Assembly: GCA_900771335.1 (NCBI GenBank)
Contig: CAAGNP010000012.1
Location: 62,350 to 126,349, forward strand
Reading direction: 5' to 3'
DNA from: Rikenellaceae bacterium
Lineage (GTDB): Bacteria > Bacteroidota > Bacteroidia > Bacteroidales > UBA932
Length of the DNA: 64,000 bases
A program made the translations under genes and the position numbers. The notes below the pieces were generated by a model that worked only from the letters and a program-made list of their open reading frames with translations, ran no database searches and was not told the origin of the DNA. Of this stretch, positions 17,175 through 26,338 are shown in pieces. Numbering within the stretch: position 1 is the first letter of the stretch; each line of letters opens with the position of its first letter.

Positions 17175-20100
17175 TTAGGACATTTTATTAACATCAATCT
17201 TTATAGTTGCATCACCCCACTCTACATCCTTTCCATCTGTCAAACCCTCAACAAGTTCTATAGAAAGGGCAAGAGTCTGGGCACATACATACTCTGAGAA
17301 CATCTGCAAAGAGTCTGCCACATCTTCATTGGACTCGATACGTACCTTGATTTTGTCGGTCACCTCGAAGTCACACTCTTTTCTCAAATTCTGGATTCTG
17401 TTGATCAGCTCACGGGCTGTACCCTCTTTTCTTAGCTCATCGGTAATGGTTACATCAAGGGCTACAGTCAGTTTGCCTTCGGTAGAAACCAACCATCCTG
17501 GCATATCCTCAGAGGTTATTTCATAGTCGGCAGCCTCAAGAACCACATCGCCTGATGGCAATGCCAAGGTGTAGCTTTGCTCTGCAAGACCTGCAAGTTC
17601 AATAGCGGTAATCATCTCCTGAGATAGCTCTCCGAATGCAGCAGCAATCTCTTTCATCTGTTTGCCATACTTCTTGCCAAGTACCTTGAATACAGGCTTG
17701 ATCTTCTTGGTGATAAGACCTGTGGTATCTTTGATGAATTCCACCTCTTTCACATTGACCTCATTGAGAACAAGTGATTTGATCTTCTCGAATTGCTCTT
17801 CGATCTTAGGATCAAGGACAGGGATAATCATTTTGGCAAGAGGCTGACGCACTTTGATATTGACTTTTCTACGAAGTGCCAGTACCATTGAAGAGCTCCT
17901 CTGTGCAAGTTCCATTCTCTCCTCAAGATCTTTGTCTATATATTTCTCTTCGCATGAAGGCATCATTACGAAGTGTACAGACTCTTCATTATAACGTCCG
18001 GACACGGCATTCAAGTCAGCAAACAATCTGTCCATATAGAATGGTGCGATAGGTGCTGCAAGGATAGCCACTGTCTCAAGTGCAGAGTAAAGTGTCTGAT
18101 ATGCAGCAAGCTTATCATCATTCATCTCACCACCCCAGAATCTCTTACGGTTAAGTCTCACATACCAGTTACTTAGATGGTCACATACAAAGTCCTGAAT
18201 CATACGGCCTGCAGTGGTCACATCGTAGTTTTCGTAGCAGTTTTTCACATCTTTGATCAGACTGTTCATTAATGAGATGATCCATCTGTCGATCTCAGGT
18301 CTCTTCTCTACAGGGACCTCAGCCGCTTTAGCGTCGAAACTGTCAACATTTGCATACAATGCAAAGAACGAGTAGGTGTTGTAAAGTGTTCCGAAGAATT
18401 TTCTCCTCATCTCATCCACTCCAGCCTCATCAAACTTAAGGTTATCCCATGGTTGTGCATTGGTAAGCATATACCATCTTAGTGAGTCTGCACCATATTG
18501 GTCCAAAGCCTTGAATGGATCCACTGCGTTGCCAAGTCTCTTGGACATCTTGTTTCCGTTCTTGTCAAGGACAAGACCATTTGAGACTACAGTTTTATAT
18601 GCACATTTGTCGCTAACCATAGTATTGATAGCGTGTAGTGTAAAGAACCATCCGCGTGTCTGGTCCACACCCTCTGCAATGAAATCGGCTGTCTGGCCGA
18701 AAGCCTCTTCGCCAAGTTTGGCAAGACCTTCTTGCGCGTAAGGCATTGCACCTGAATCAAACCATACGTCGATAAGGTCTGTCTCCCTTACCATCTTCTT
18801 GCCTGACTCAGAAACAAGGATATAATTGTCTACGTAAGGTCTGTGAAGATCGATCTTGTCGTAGTTCTCTTTACTCATATCAGCTGGATCAAAACCTTTC
18901 TCTTTAAGAGGGTTTGATGCCATGAAACCTGCTGCCACAGATTTCTCAAGTTCAGCATAAAGCTCTGCTACAGAACCGATACATTTCTCTTCAGCACCAT
19001 CTTCACTTCTCCAGATAGGAAGTGGGGTACCCCAATATCTGCTTCGGGACAAGTTCCAGTCCTGCAAGTTTTCAAGCCATTTGCCGAAACGGCCTGTACC
19101 TGTAGATTCAGGTTTCCATTGGATGGTCTTATTCAATTCCACCATTCTGTCCTGAACAGCAGTGGTCTTGATGAACCAGGAATCAAGAGGATAATACAGG
19201 ATAGGTTTGTCGGTTCTCCAGCAGTGTGGATAATTGTGGACATGTTTCTCAATCTTGAACGCTTTGTTCTCCTGCTTAAGCATAACGCAGATATCCACAT
19301 CAAGTGTAGGGGTATCTTCGGTAGCTTCGCTATCGTAAGCATTCTTCACATATCTGCCTGAGAATTGAGCGTAGCTCTGCTCATCCACATTTGTTTTCAC
19401 AAATTCAGGATCCATATCCTCAATACGGTACATTCTTCCTGCTTTGTCCACTTGAGCCTGACGTACACCTTGGGCATCAACCACCACAAGAGGTGGAACC
19501 CCTGCAGCTTTTGCCACCTTGTTATCGTCAGCACCAAATGTAGGTGCAATATGAACGATACCTGTACCATCTTCTGTGGTCACATAGTCACCAGGAATCA
19601 CTTTGAAAGCGCCTGCCTCAGGTCTCACCCAAGGGATCAGCTGCTTATATGAGATTCCGCATAGTTCAGGTCCCATCAAAGGCTCACCAACTACCTCCCA
19701 AGGAATAAGTTTGTCACCTTGCTTGTAATCAGCCATTGCCACCTCTGCCGCTTTAGGGCTGAAATGTGCATTAAGCAGAGCCTCCGCCACTACATAAAGG
19801 GCAGGGATACCTGTATAAGGGTTAAATGATTTGACAGTCAAATATTTGATCTTAGGACCAACGCACAATGCAGTATTTGAAGGGAGGGTCCAAGGGGTTG
19901 TGGTCCAAGCCAAGAAATAGACAGGAAGTTCGCCTGCTCTTGAGAAGAGCACATCTGATTTCTCGTCTTTGACAACTTCAAACTGGGCAACACAAGTGGT
20001 ATCCTTAACATCACGATAGCAACCTGGCTGGTTAAGCTCGTGTGTACTCAAACCTGTACCCGCTGCTGGTGAGTATGGTTGGATGGTATAACCTTTATAT

Positions 20101-20615
20101 AGAAGCCCTTTGTCATAAATCTTCTTCAACAGATACCAAAGTGTCTCGATATATCTGTTATCGTAGGTAATATATGGATCATCCATATCTACCCAATAAC
20201 CGATCTGCTCAGTAAGTGCCATCCACTCCTGAGTATATTTCATCACCTCTTTGCGGCAAGTATCATTATACTCCTCCACGGTAATGGTTTTTCCTATATC
20301 ATCTTTGGTGATACCAAGCATCTTCTCCACACCCAACTCCACTGGAAGACCATGTGTGTCCCAACCTGCTTTTCTCTCTACCAAATAACCTGTCTGACTC
20401 TTGTATCTGCAGAATACATCTTTGATACTGCGGGCCATCACGTGGTGGATACCGGGCATACCGTTTGCCGAAGGGGGACCTTCAAAAAATACAAATTTAG
20501 GGCACCCTTTTCTTGCCTCAAGGGACTTGCCAAAGATGTTATTCTTTTTCCATTTATCTAGTACTGCACGATTTACATCGACTAGATCCAAACCTTTATA
20601 CTCTGCGAACTTCAT
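17175..20615 (-). CDS. ileS: Isoleucine--tRNA ligase
   Basis: 1146 aa with a HIGH-type motif (PSANGMPGIHHV) and a KMSKS motif (NKMSKRLGN). Confidence 0.95.
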   Translation of the reverse strand: MKFAEYKGLDLVDVNRAVLDKWKKNNIFGKSLEARKGCPKFVFFEGPPSANGMPGIHHVMARSIKDVFCRYKSQTGYLVERKAGWDTHGLPVELGVEKMLGITKDDIGKTITVEEYNDTCRKEVMKYTQEWMALTEQIGYWVDMDDPYITYDNRYIETLWYLLKKIYDKGLLYKGYTIQPYSPAAGTGLSTHELNQPGCYRDVKDTTCVAQFEVVKDEKSDVLFSRAGELPVYFLAWTTTPWTLPSNTALCVGPKIKYLTVKSFNPYTGIPALYVVAEALLNAHFSPKAAEVAMADYKQGDKLIPWEVVGEPLMGPELCGISYKQLIPWVRPEAGAFKVIPGDYVTTEDGTGIVHIAPTFGADDNKVAKAAGVPPLVVVDAQGVRQAQVDKAGRMYRIEDMDPEFVKTNVDEQSYAQFSGRYVKNAYDSEATEDTPTLDVDICVMLKQENKAFKIEKHVHNYPHCWRTDKPILYYPLDSWFIKTTAVQDRMVELNKTIQWKPESTGTGRFGKWLENLQDWNLSRSRYWGTPLPIWRSEDGAEEKCIGSVAELYAELEKSVAAGFMASNPLKEKGFDPADMSKENYDKIDLHRPYVDNYILVSESGKKMVRETDLIDVWFDSGAMPYAQEGLAKLGEEAFGQTADFIAEGVDQTRGWFFTLHAINTMVSDKCAYKTVVSNGLVLDKNGNKMSKRLGNAVDPFKALDQYGADSLRWYMLTNAQPWDNLKFDEAGVDEMRRKFFGTLYNTYSFFALYANVDSFDAKAAEVPVEKRPEIDRWIISLMNSLIKDVKNCYENYDVTTAGRMIQDFVCDHLSNWYVRLNRKRFWGGEMNDDKLAAYQTLYSALETVAILAAPIAPFYMDRLFADLNAVSGRYNEESVHFVMMPSCEEKYIDKDLEERMELAQRSSSMVLALRRKVNIKVRQPLAKMIIPVLDPKIEEQFEKIKSLVLNEVNVKEVEFIKDTTGLITKKIKPVFKVLGKKYGKQMKEIAAAFGELSQEMITAIELAGLAEQSYTLALPSGDVVLEAADYEITSEDMPGWLVSTEGKLTVALDVTITDELRKEGTARELINRIQNLRKECDFEVTDKIKVRIESNEDVADSLQMFSEYVCAQTLALSIELVEGLTDGKDVEWGDATIKIDVNKMS

Positions 20616-20656
20616 ATAGTTTTAAATTTTAACTTGCGAAGATACGAAAAGATAAT

Positions 20657-20664
20657 TATATTTG
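20657..20664 (+). promoter_or_regulatory. -7 box (TATATTTG) for cvpA
   Basis: TAnnTTTG 22 nt upstream of the ATG at 20686. Confidence 0.45.
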
Positions 20665-20685
20665 AGAAAAATTGGACTTAGAACT

Positions 20686-21180
20686 ATGAGTATTATCGAT
20701 ATTATCATCCTGATCCCTTTTGCTTTTGCACTATATAAGGGCATTTCAAACGGATTTGTAGGTCAAGTTGCAGGTATCAGCGGCATCGTATTGGGTATCA
20801 TCCTCGGCAGCAGATTTTCCGCACTCCTATCTTCCTACGTAGCCCAATGGATCAGTGCCAGCGAGGCTGTCATCAAAATCATATCCTTTGCAATTATCAT
20901 CGTGGCAGTTATACTTTTGGCCAACATTCTGTCCAAACTCATTGAAAAACTGTTCTCGCTTGTAATGTTGGGATGGCTCAACAAACTGCTCGGAGTCCTG
21001 TTGGCATTTGCCGGCACAGCTTTTATTGTAGGATCTGTCATTGCACTTATCTCATATATAAACGAGAGCTGGTTCACCATTATTCCTGCATCCAAGATTG
21101 AGGAATCCGTCCTATACCACCCTCTGGAGGACCTTGTGAATATGATTTTCCCATATTTCCAAAATTTCTTCACCAAGTAG
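20686..21180 (+). CDS. cvpA: CvpA-family membrane protein
   Basis: Four-TM protein starting MSIIDIIILIPFAFALYKG, the typical CvpA N-terminus. The start was set at ATG 20686. Confidence 0.8.
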   Translation: MSIIDIIILIPFAFALYKGISNGFVGQVAGISGIVLGIILGSRFSALLSSYVAQWISASEAVIKIISFAIIIVAVILLANILSKLIEKLFSLVMLGWLNKLLGVLLAFAGTAFIVGSVIALISYINESWFTIIPASKIEESVLYHPLEDLVNMIFPYFQNFFTK

Positions 21181-21218
21181 GAACACCCCACCGGAATTTT
21201 AAAATTTTTCCAGAATAA

Positions 21219-21268
21219 GACGATTTTTACAACAGATGCAGATGTTGTAGAAATCGTCAAACTTTTTT
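21219..21268 (+). terminator. Strong rho-independent terminator after cvpA
   Basis: 16-bp stem GACGATTTTTACAACA / TGTTGTAGAAATCGTC (one mismatch) with an 8-nt loop, followed by AAACTTTTTTATT. Confidence 0.8.
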
Positions 21269-21280
21269 ATTGCCATCTCC

Positions 21281-21288
21281 TAAGTTTG
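21281..21288 (+). promoter_or_regulatory. -7 box (TAAGTTTG) heading the GG-peptide export locus
   Basis: TAnnTTTG 20 nt upstream of the smORF ATG at 21309 and just downstream of the cvpA terminator. Confidence 0.5.
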
Positions 21289-21308
21289 CCCTCGAAAAGA
21301 GACGAGGT

Positions 21309-21449
21309 ATGAAAAATTTGAGGAGAGAGATATTGGAGAGTGTCGGCAGAATATTGCCGGAGTTCAGCCCGAACCTGCTCATAGCTTATATTGTTTCCCT
21401 CTGCCTGGCCTCCGCTCTTTTCATTATCCTATCAATCGTAGTGTTATGA
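21309..21449 (+). CDS. 46-aa tail-anchored small membrane protein (below the ORF-track cutoff)
   Basis: Hand translation gives MKNLRREILESVGRILPEFSPNLLIAYIVSLCLASALFIILSIVVL. The C-terminal 25 residues are hydrophobic. The stop overlaps the ABC start in an ATGA (21446-21449). Confidence 0.5.
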   Translation: MKNLRREILESVGRILPEFSPNLLIAYIVSLCLASALFIILSIVVL

Positions 21450-23578
21450 GCAGAATAATGAAAATACGCCAATTGGACAAGCATGACTGCGGAGCGGCAT
21501 GCCTGGCATCCATCTCATCATACTACGGACTGACTATACCCGTTACAGAGATCAGACAAAAATGCAATACCGGCCTAGAGGGGACAAACATAGGGGGGAT
21601 TGTCCGAGCTGCAACATCTTTACAGCTCGAAGCTCACGCTTATAAATCTTCAACACCTTGCTATACATCAAAACATCTTTCAGAAATCCCCCTCCCCTCT
21701 ATTCTCCACTTCAGAAACACTGAAGGGTGGCTGCATTTCGTGGTGCTATACAAAGTAACAGAGAAACATATCCATATAATGGACCCTTCAGACGGAGAGG
21801 TGCACAAGCTTAATGAGAAGGAATTCTCTGAGGCTTGGACAGGCTACATTATAACTGTATCACCCCGGGAAGGTTTTCTCAAAGGGGACACTACTACCCC
21901 ATTCATCAAAAGGGTAATCGGACTGGTTTCACTCTACAGGAAGGAGATAATACCATCTCTGATAGGATCTATGATATATGTACTGATAGGGCTAAGTATC
22001 TCCATATTCTTACAGAACATCATAGACAATATCATTCCGAACAGGGACACTTACACCTTCGGATGGTACTCTTTAGGGATAGGGATACTGATAGCTCTGT
22101 CGGTATTCATAGGGTATATCCGGTCTGTTCTCACCATTCGTGGGAGCATCAAAATAGATGGGACACTGATTTTGGGATACATATATCACATCCTCCGCCT
22201 CCCCTTGGCATTTTTCCATGAAAGGAGTACCGGAGACATAAATTCAAGGGTGAATGATGTTTACAGAATCAGGGCTTTTGTCTCAGGGAAACTCATTATG
22301 ATCTCAATATCTGTAGTCGCACTGATATTGTCATTCATACTTCTGTTTACCTTCTATTGGAAGCTGGCTGCCCTGACTATGGGGTTCATCCCCCTCTATG
22401 CGATTCTCTATTTCATTGCCGACAAGAGGAACAAGAAGAACAATAAAAGGATTATTGAGGCATCTGCCATTTTTGAGAACAGCACGATCGGGAGCATCAC
22501 ATCCATTGAGACGGCCAAATACTTTTCATCAGAGGAGCTTTTCTACAAAAAAGTGGAGGGTAAATATACCGATATGGCCCACAAACTTTTTTATGGTGGA
22601 AAGAGCAATGCAAAAATTCATCTGATGATAGACACAGTCACACAGATGCTCTCATTTATCACCATCATCCTGGGAACACTGTTCGTTCTGAATGGAGAGC
22701 TTACCACAGGGGAACTGGTCTCATTCTACACCATCTCCAGTTTCTTCACATCTCCACTCTCAATCCTCATAGAGAGCACCTACGAGCTAAATGATGCCAA
22801 GATAGCGGCTCAGAGGGTATTTGAGATTCTCGATTTGAAGGAGGAGTTCATTTGTGATAAAGAGAGGATACCGGTGCCCCCTGCCTCGGGGGATATAACC
22901 TTCAAAAATATCTCATTCCGCTATCCGGGGAAAAGAAACCTCTTCCAAAACCTTAACCTTACTATCCATCAGGGGGCGATAACATCGGTAATTGGGGACA
23001 ATGGGTGCGGCAAAAGTACCATTGCATCGCTTTTAATGCGGGGGTACCTCCCCACAGAGGGGTCAATAGAGATAGATGGGACAAATATAAACGACATAGA
23101 TATTCAGGAGTGGCGCAAACACATATCAATCATCCCACAAAAGGAGAGTTTGTTTGATGGAACCGTACTGGATAATATTGTGCTTGGAGATTGGAGCAAG
23201 GGCATTGACAATGTGCTGGAGACATGTGAATATGTCGGGATGATTGATTTTTTCAAACAACACCCAAAAGGGTTGCAGACGCGGGTAGGTGAACAGGGGA
23301 AGTACCTGTCCTCTGGGGAGAGGAGCAAAATATCCCTCGCCAGGGCAATAATACGCCAACCCAGGATTCTGATTATGGATGAGGTGACATCCCACCTCGA
23401 CTCAGAATCGGCATCCAGAATATATGAGATCTCCCGGGAACTCACCTCCAAAGGGGTAACAATTCTAAACATTACCCATGATAAGAGGTTTCTGGAGTAT
23501 TCAGACTATATAGTAGATCTTAATAAATGTGTACACAACGGTGAAGAGCGCACACCTGAAAGTTGCACTCAAGCTTAA
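21446..23578 (+). CDS. Peptidase C39 domain-containing ABC exporter (bacteriocin/GG-leader peptide processing and export)
   Basis: The N-terminal C39 domain has the QLDKHDCGAAC catalytic Cys, a later His (WLHFVVLY) and Asp (IMDPSD). A six-TM domain follows. The NBD has Walker A GDNGCGKST, signature LSSGE and Walker B ILIMDE. Confidence 0.92.
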   Translation: MSRIMKIRQLDKHDCGAACLASISSYYGLTIPVTEIRQKCNTGLEGTNIGGIVRAATSLQLEAHAYKSSTPCYTSKHLSEIPLPSILHFRNTEGWLHFVVLYKVTEKHIHIMDPSDGEVHKLNEKEFSEAWTGYIITVSPREGFLKGDTTTPFIKRVIGLVSLYRKEIIPSLIGSMIYVLIGLSISIFLQNIIDNIIPNRDTYTFGWYSLGIGILIALSVFIGYIRSVLTIRGSIKIDGTLILGYIYHILRLPLAFFHERSTGDINSRVNDVYRIRAFVSGKLIMISISVVALILSFILLFTFYWKLAALTMGFIPLYAILYFIADKRNKKNNKRIIEASAIFENSTIGSITSIETAKYFSSEELFYKKVEGKYTDMAHKLFYGGKSNAKIHLMIDTVTQMLSFITIILGTLFVLNGELTTGELVSFYTISSFFTSPLSILIESTYELNDAKIAAQRVFEILDLKEEFICDKERIPVPPASGDITFKNISFRYPGKRNLFQNLNLTIHQGAITSVIGDNGCGKSTIASLLMRGYLPTEGSIEIDGTNINDIDIQEWRKHISIIPQKESLFDGTVLDNIVLGDWSKGIDNVLETCEYVGMIDFFKQHPKGLQTRVGEQGKYLSSGERSKISLARAIIRQPRILIMDEVTSHLDSESASRIYEISRELTSKGVTILNITHDKRFLEYSDYIVDLNKCVHNGEERTPESCTQA

Positions 23579-23588
23579 CATCAACATT

Positions 23589-23780
23589 ATGGAAGAGAAA
23601 AATTCAATGGGAAAGAACTGGGTAGAGCTGAGCACTTCCGAGGCAGAGGCAGTCAGAGGTGGAATCGGGTTAGGAAACATCAAACATCTGTTAAAGTTGA
23701 TTGGAAGTTTGTTCAACTTCGCCCACGACTATTATGAAGACTTCAAGCGTGGCTACGAAAATGGGTGGAATCTGTTCTAA
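23589..23780 (+). CDS. Double-glycine-leader precursor peptide A (alternative start 23607)
   Basis: M(EEKNSM)GKNWVELSTSEAEAVRGG | IGLGNIKHLLKLIGSLFNFAHDYYEDFKRGYENGWNLF. The GG codons are at 23658-23663. It starts 10 nt after the ABC stop. Confidence 0.75.
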   Translation: MEEKNSMGKNWVELSTSEAEAVRGGIGLGNIKHLLKLIGSLFNFAHDYYEDFKRGYENGWNLF

Positions 23781-23794
23781 AAAAGGGGGATATT

Positions 23795-23977
23795 ATGTAC
23801 AAGAATTTTATAGCATTGACCGAGGATGAATTATACGACATATACGGAGGGAGATCGGAAGATATGGCTGACATAGTTGAATTTATCGGTATGGGATTCG
23901 GGATTATTGCCAAACTTATAGACAAGATCAAATCGGCATTCAAGGATGCCCAGAAAAAACCTGCACAGGCACAATAA
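23795..23977 (+). CDS. Double-glycine-leader precursor peptide B
   Basis: MYKNFIALTEDELYDIYGG | RSEDMADIVEFIGMGFGIIAKLIDKIKSAFKDAQKKPAQAQ. The GG codons are at 23846-23851. The stop overlaps the OMP start (TAATG). Confidence 0.75.
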   Translation: MYKNFIALTEDELYDIYGGRSEDMADIVEFIGMGFGIIAKLIDKIKSAFKDAQKKPAQAQ

Positions 23978-25197
23978 TGGAGAGGATTGCCACCTTAATG
24001 TTCTTGCTTCTGCTTCATGCCTCTCCACTTTTGTGCTCCGGTCAAAATATATGGACATTGGATATGTGCATAGAATATGGTCTTGAGCACAATCTGGATA
24101 TAGAGTATAGCAGAATTACCTCTATTCAGGCCAAAAATGAACTGATCAGGTCCAGACTGGAGTATTTGCCCACCCTAAATGGGACAGCGGCACTGAGTAT
24201 CCATCCTGAGTCTCAGTTCACCCCATCAATAGGTATGTCATCCATACTGTTTGACGGAATGAGAAGATACAACAGCACTAAGAGCCTGAAGACATCATTT
24301 GAGATATCTGAGGTGGAGAGTGAGAGGATCAGAAACGAACTCTCTATCTCCATAACCAAAGCATATTTGGATGTACTACTCTCCATAGAGCTGGAGAGGG
24401 TAGCAAAGGAGAGTTACAGAACTATTGAGGAGCAATGCCTTAAGCAGAAAATACTTTTCGAATCGGGGAAGAGCACATACTCATCCCTATTGGAGATGGA
24501 ATCACAAAAATCTTTGGAGAAGGTGGAGCTGGTCAACTCACATAACGTTTTATCAATAAACCTCATATCATTAACACACTTGATGAACCTCCCCTTCTCT
24601 GAGGATTTCTTCATATCAGACCAGCTGGTGGAGAACATGCCGCTTATAGAGTGGTCAGATATAGAGAGGATATATAAATCTGCACTCTCCCTACCCTACA
24701 TAAGATCAGCTGAACTTGGCGTTATCCAAAAGGGATATGACATGAAGATAGCTGCAGGTGGAATATCTCCCACTATCTCCATAGATATGATATACAACCT
24801 CAAGATGGACATCAACCAAATAGGGCTGACGGTGATAATACCCATTTTCAACAAAGGCCAAACACTGACATCGGTCAAAAACGCCACTTATGAGTACAGA
24901 AAATCTGAAATTGAACTGCAAAGGAGGCATCAGGAACTCTACAAGGATATCCAACATAGGGTACAGGAGGCCATATCATACTACCATGGGCATATGGCAG
25001 CCATTGACCGGCTCAACGCTGCCCGAACAGCCTATGAAACTATCAGAGAGAAGTTCGAAGTGGGGCTTGTATCACCAAACGATTACATCAGAGCCAGGAA
25101 TGATCTGTATGAGGCATCTTCCCAATCCATACAGACCAAATACAGATATTTGTTTCAAATCAAAATTCTAGATTTATACCAAGGTGAAGCCAGGTAA
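23977..25197 (+). CDS. TolC-family outer membrane efflux protein
   Basis: Has a signal peptide and two repeats of the TolC-type coiled-coil/beta pattern (LEYLPTLNG..., YRYLFQIKILDLYQG). Confidence 0.85.
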   Translation: MERIATLMFLLLLHASPLLCSGQNIWTLDMCIEYGLEHNLDIEYSRITSIQAKNELIRSRLEYLPTLNGTAALSIHPESQFTPSIGMSSILFDGMRRYNSTKSLKTSFEISEVESERIRNELSISITKAYLDVLLSIELERVAKESYRTIEEQCLKQKILFESGKSTYSSLLEMESQKSLEKVELVNSHNVLSINLISLTHLMNLPFSEDFFISDQLVENMPLIEWSDIERIYKSALSLPYIRSAELGVIQKGYDMKIAAGGISPTISIDMIYNLKMDINQIGLTVIIPIFNKGQTLTSVKNATYEYRKSEIELQRRHQELYKDIQHRVQEAISYYHGHMAAIDRLNAARTAYETIREKFEVGLVSPNDYIRARNDLYEASSQSIQTKYRYLFQIKILDLYQGEAR

Positions 25198-26338
25198 AAT
25201 AAAGATAAGATGGTGGTATTACCCCTCCGCTTTCCTTCTACTCATTATAGTCTTACTAAGTGGAGGGGATGAAGGGACTGCAGTGTATGTGTCCACCCCG
25301 GAAATAACCGACATCTCCGAGAGTATCCCGGCAAACGGGAAGGTTCGCCCTGTATCGGAGGTCCATATCAGCCCTGATGTTTCCGGGGAGATAATAGAGA
25401 TCCTTTTTGAGGAGGGTATGGCTGTACAAAAGGGGGATCTCCTCATCAAAATCAAACCTGACATTTACATATCCATCCTGGACCAGGCAATGGCCACATT
25501 CAAAGCGACCAAAGCGCAATATGCACAGCAGGAGGCAACACTTGAGAGGGCAAAGGTGCAGTTTGAAAGATACTCCACCCTCCTGGAGAAGAGGGCCATT
25601 TCACTCGCAGAATATGAGGAGGCCAAGATAGATTACACGATTGCCCTGAAAGGGCTTGAAACCTCCAAATATCAGATCCAAAGTGCTCAGGCAGGGGTTA
25701 GAGAGGCTCAGGAGAATCTCTCCAAAACAGCAATATACTCACCTATGGATGGGGTTATCACCAAGCTGCTTGTGGAGAAGGGGGAACGTGTAGTGGGTAC
25801 ATCCCAAATGGCAGGCACAGAGATAATGAGGATATCTGATATGACCCATATGGAGGTGGTGGTGGATGTCAATGAAAATGATATTGCCAGGATAACCAGA
25901 GGGGACAGTGTGGAGATAGTATTTGACGCACTCAGACATGAGCTTTTCCAGGGAATCGTCACTAAAATAGCCAACTCATCCAAAAGTCTGGGATATAGTG
26001 CCGATCAGGTGGCATCTTTCGAGGTGAACATTCTCATTATTGGGGGGAGTGAACATTTGAGACCAGGAATGTCTGCATCTGTTACTATAAACACAGAAAA
26101 AAAAGAGAACATTATTACTGTACCTCTTCGGTGTATAAATCCAAATGGTTGTATATTTGTAGTCTCAAATGACCGGACTACGGTTCAGCAGAGAAGTATC
26201 ATCACCGGTATACAGGATATCCATCGGATAGAGATAATAGAGGGTATCGGACCGGATGAGGAGATTGTAATAGGGCCACATGAAGCCATAAACAAAAATT
26301 TGACCGACAATGGAAAAATATTTATTGATAGAGACTAG
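25184..26338 (+). CDS. HlyD-family membrane fusion (periplasmic adaptor) protein
   Basis: N-terminal TM anchor, a lipoyl-like segment (VSGEIIEILFEEGMAVQKGDLLIKI), a coiled coil and beta-barrel segments. It has a GTG start with a 14-nt overlap with the OMP gene. Confidence 0.85.
   Translation: MKPGKIKIRWWYYPSAFLLLIIVLLSGGDEGTAVYVSTPEITDISESIPANGKVRPVSEVHISPDVSGEIIEILFEEGMAVQKGDLLIKIKPDIYISILDQAMATFKATKAQYAQQEATLERAKVQFERYSTLLEKRAISLAEYEEAKIDYTIALKGLETSKYQIQSAQAGVREAQENLSKTAIYSPMDGVITKLLVEKGERVVGTSQMAGTEIMRISDMTHMEVVVDVNENDIARITRGDSVEIVFDALRHELFQGIVTKIANSSKSLGYSADQVASFEVNILIIGGSEHLRPGMSASVTINTEKKENIITVPLRCINPNGCIFVVSNDRTTVQQRSIITGIQDIHRIEIIEGIGPDEEIVIGPHEAINKNLTDNGKIFIDRD

Noticed and set aside
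20686-21180. cvpA (colicin V production protein) as a functional part of the adjacent GG-peptide locus
   Set aside because: A strong terminator and a separate promoter box lie between them. CvpA is a widespread housekeeping membrane protein. The adjacency is noted, but a functional link is not supported by the sequence.
21446-26338. Horizontal-transfer signal from GGG/AGG-rich codon usage in the export locus
   Set aside because: The same codon preferences appear in other presumably low-expression core genes in the window (the histidine kinase, xseA). The contrast is only with highly expressed genes such as efp and prs, so it is not evidence of foreign origin.
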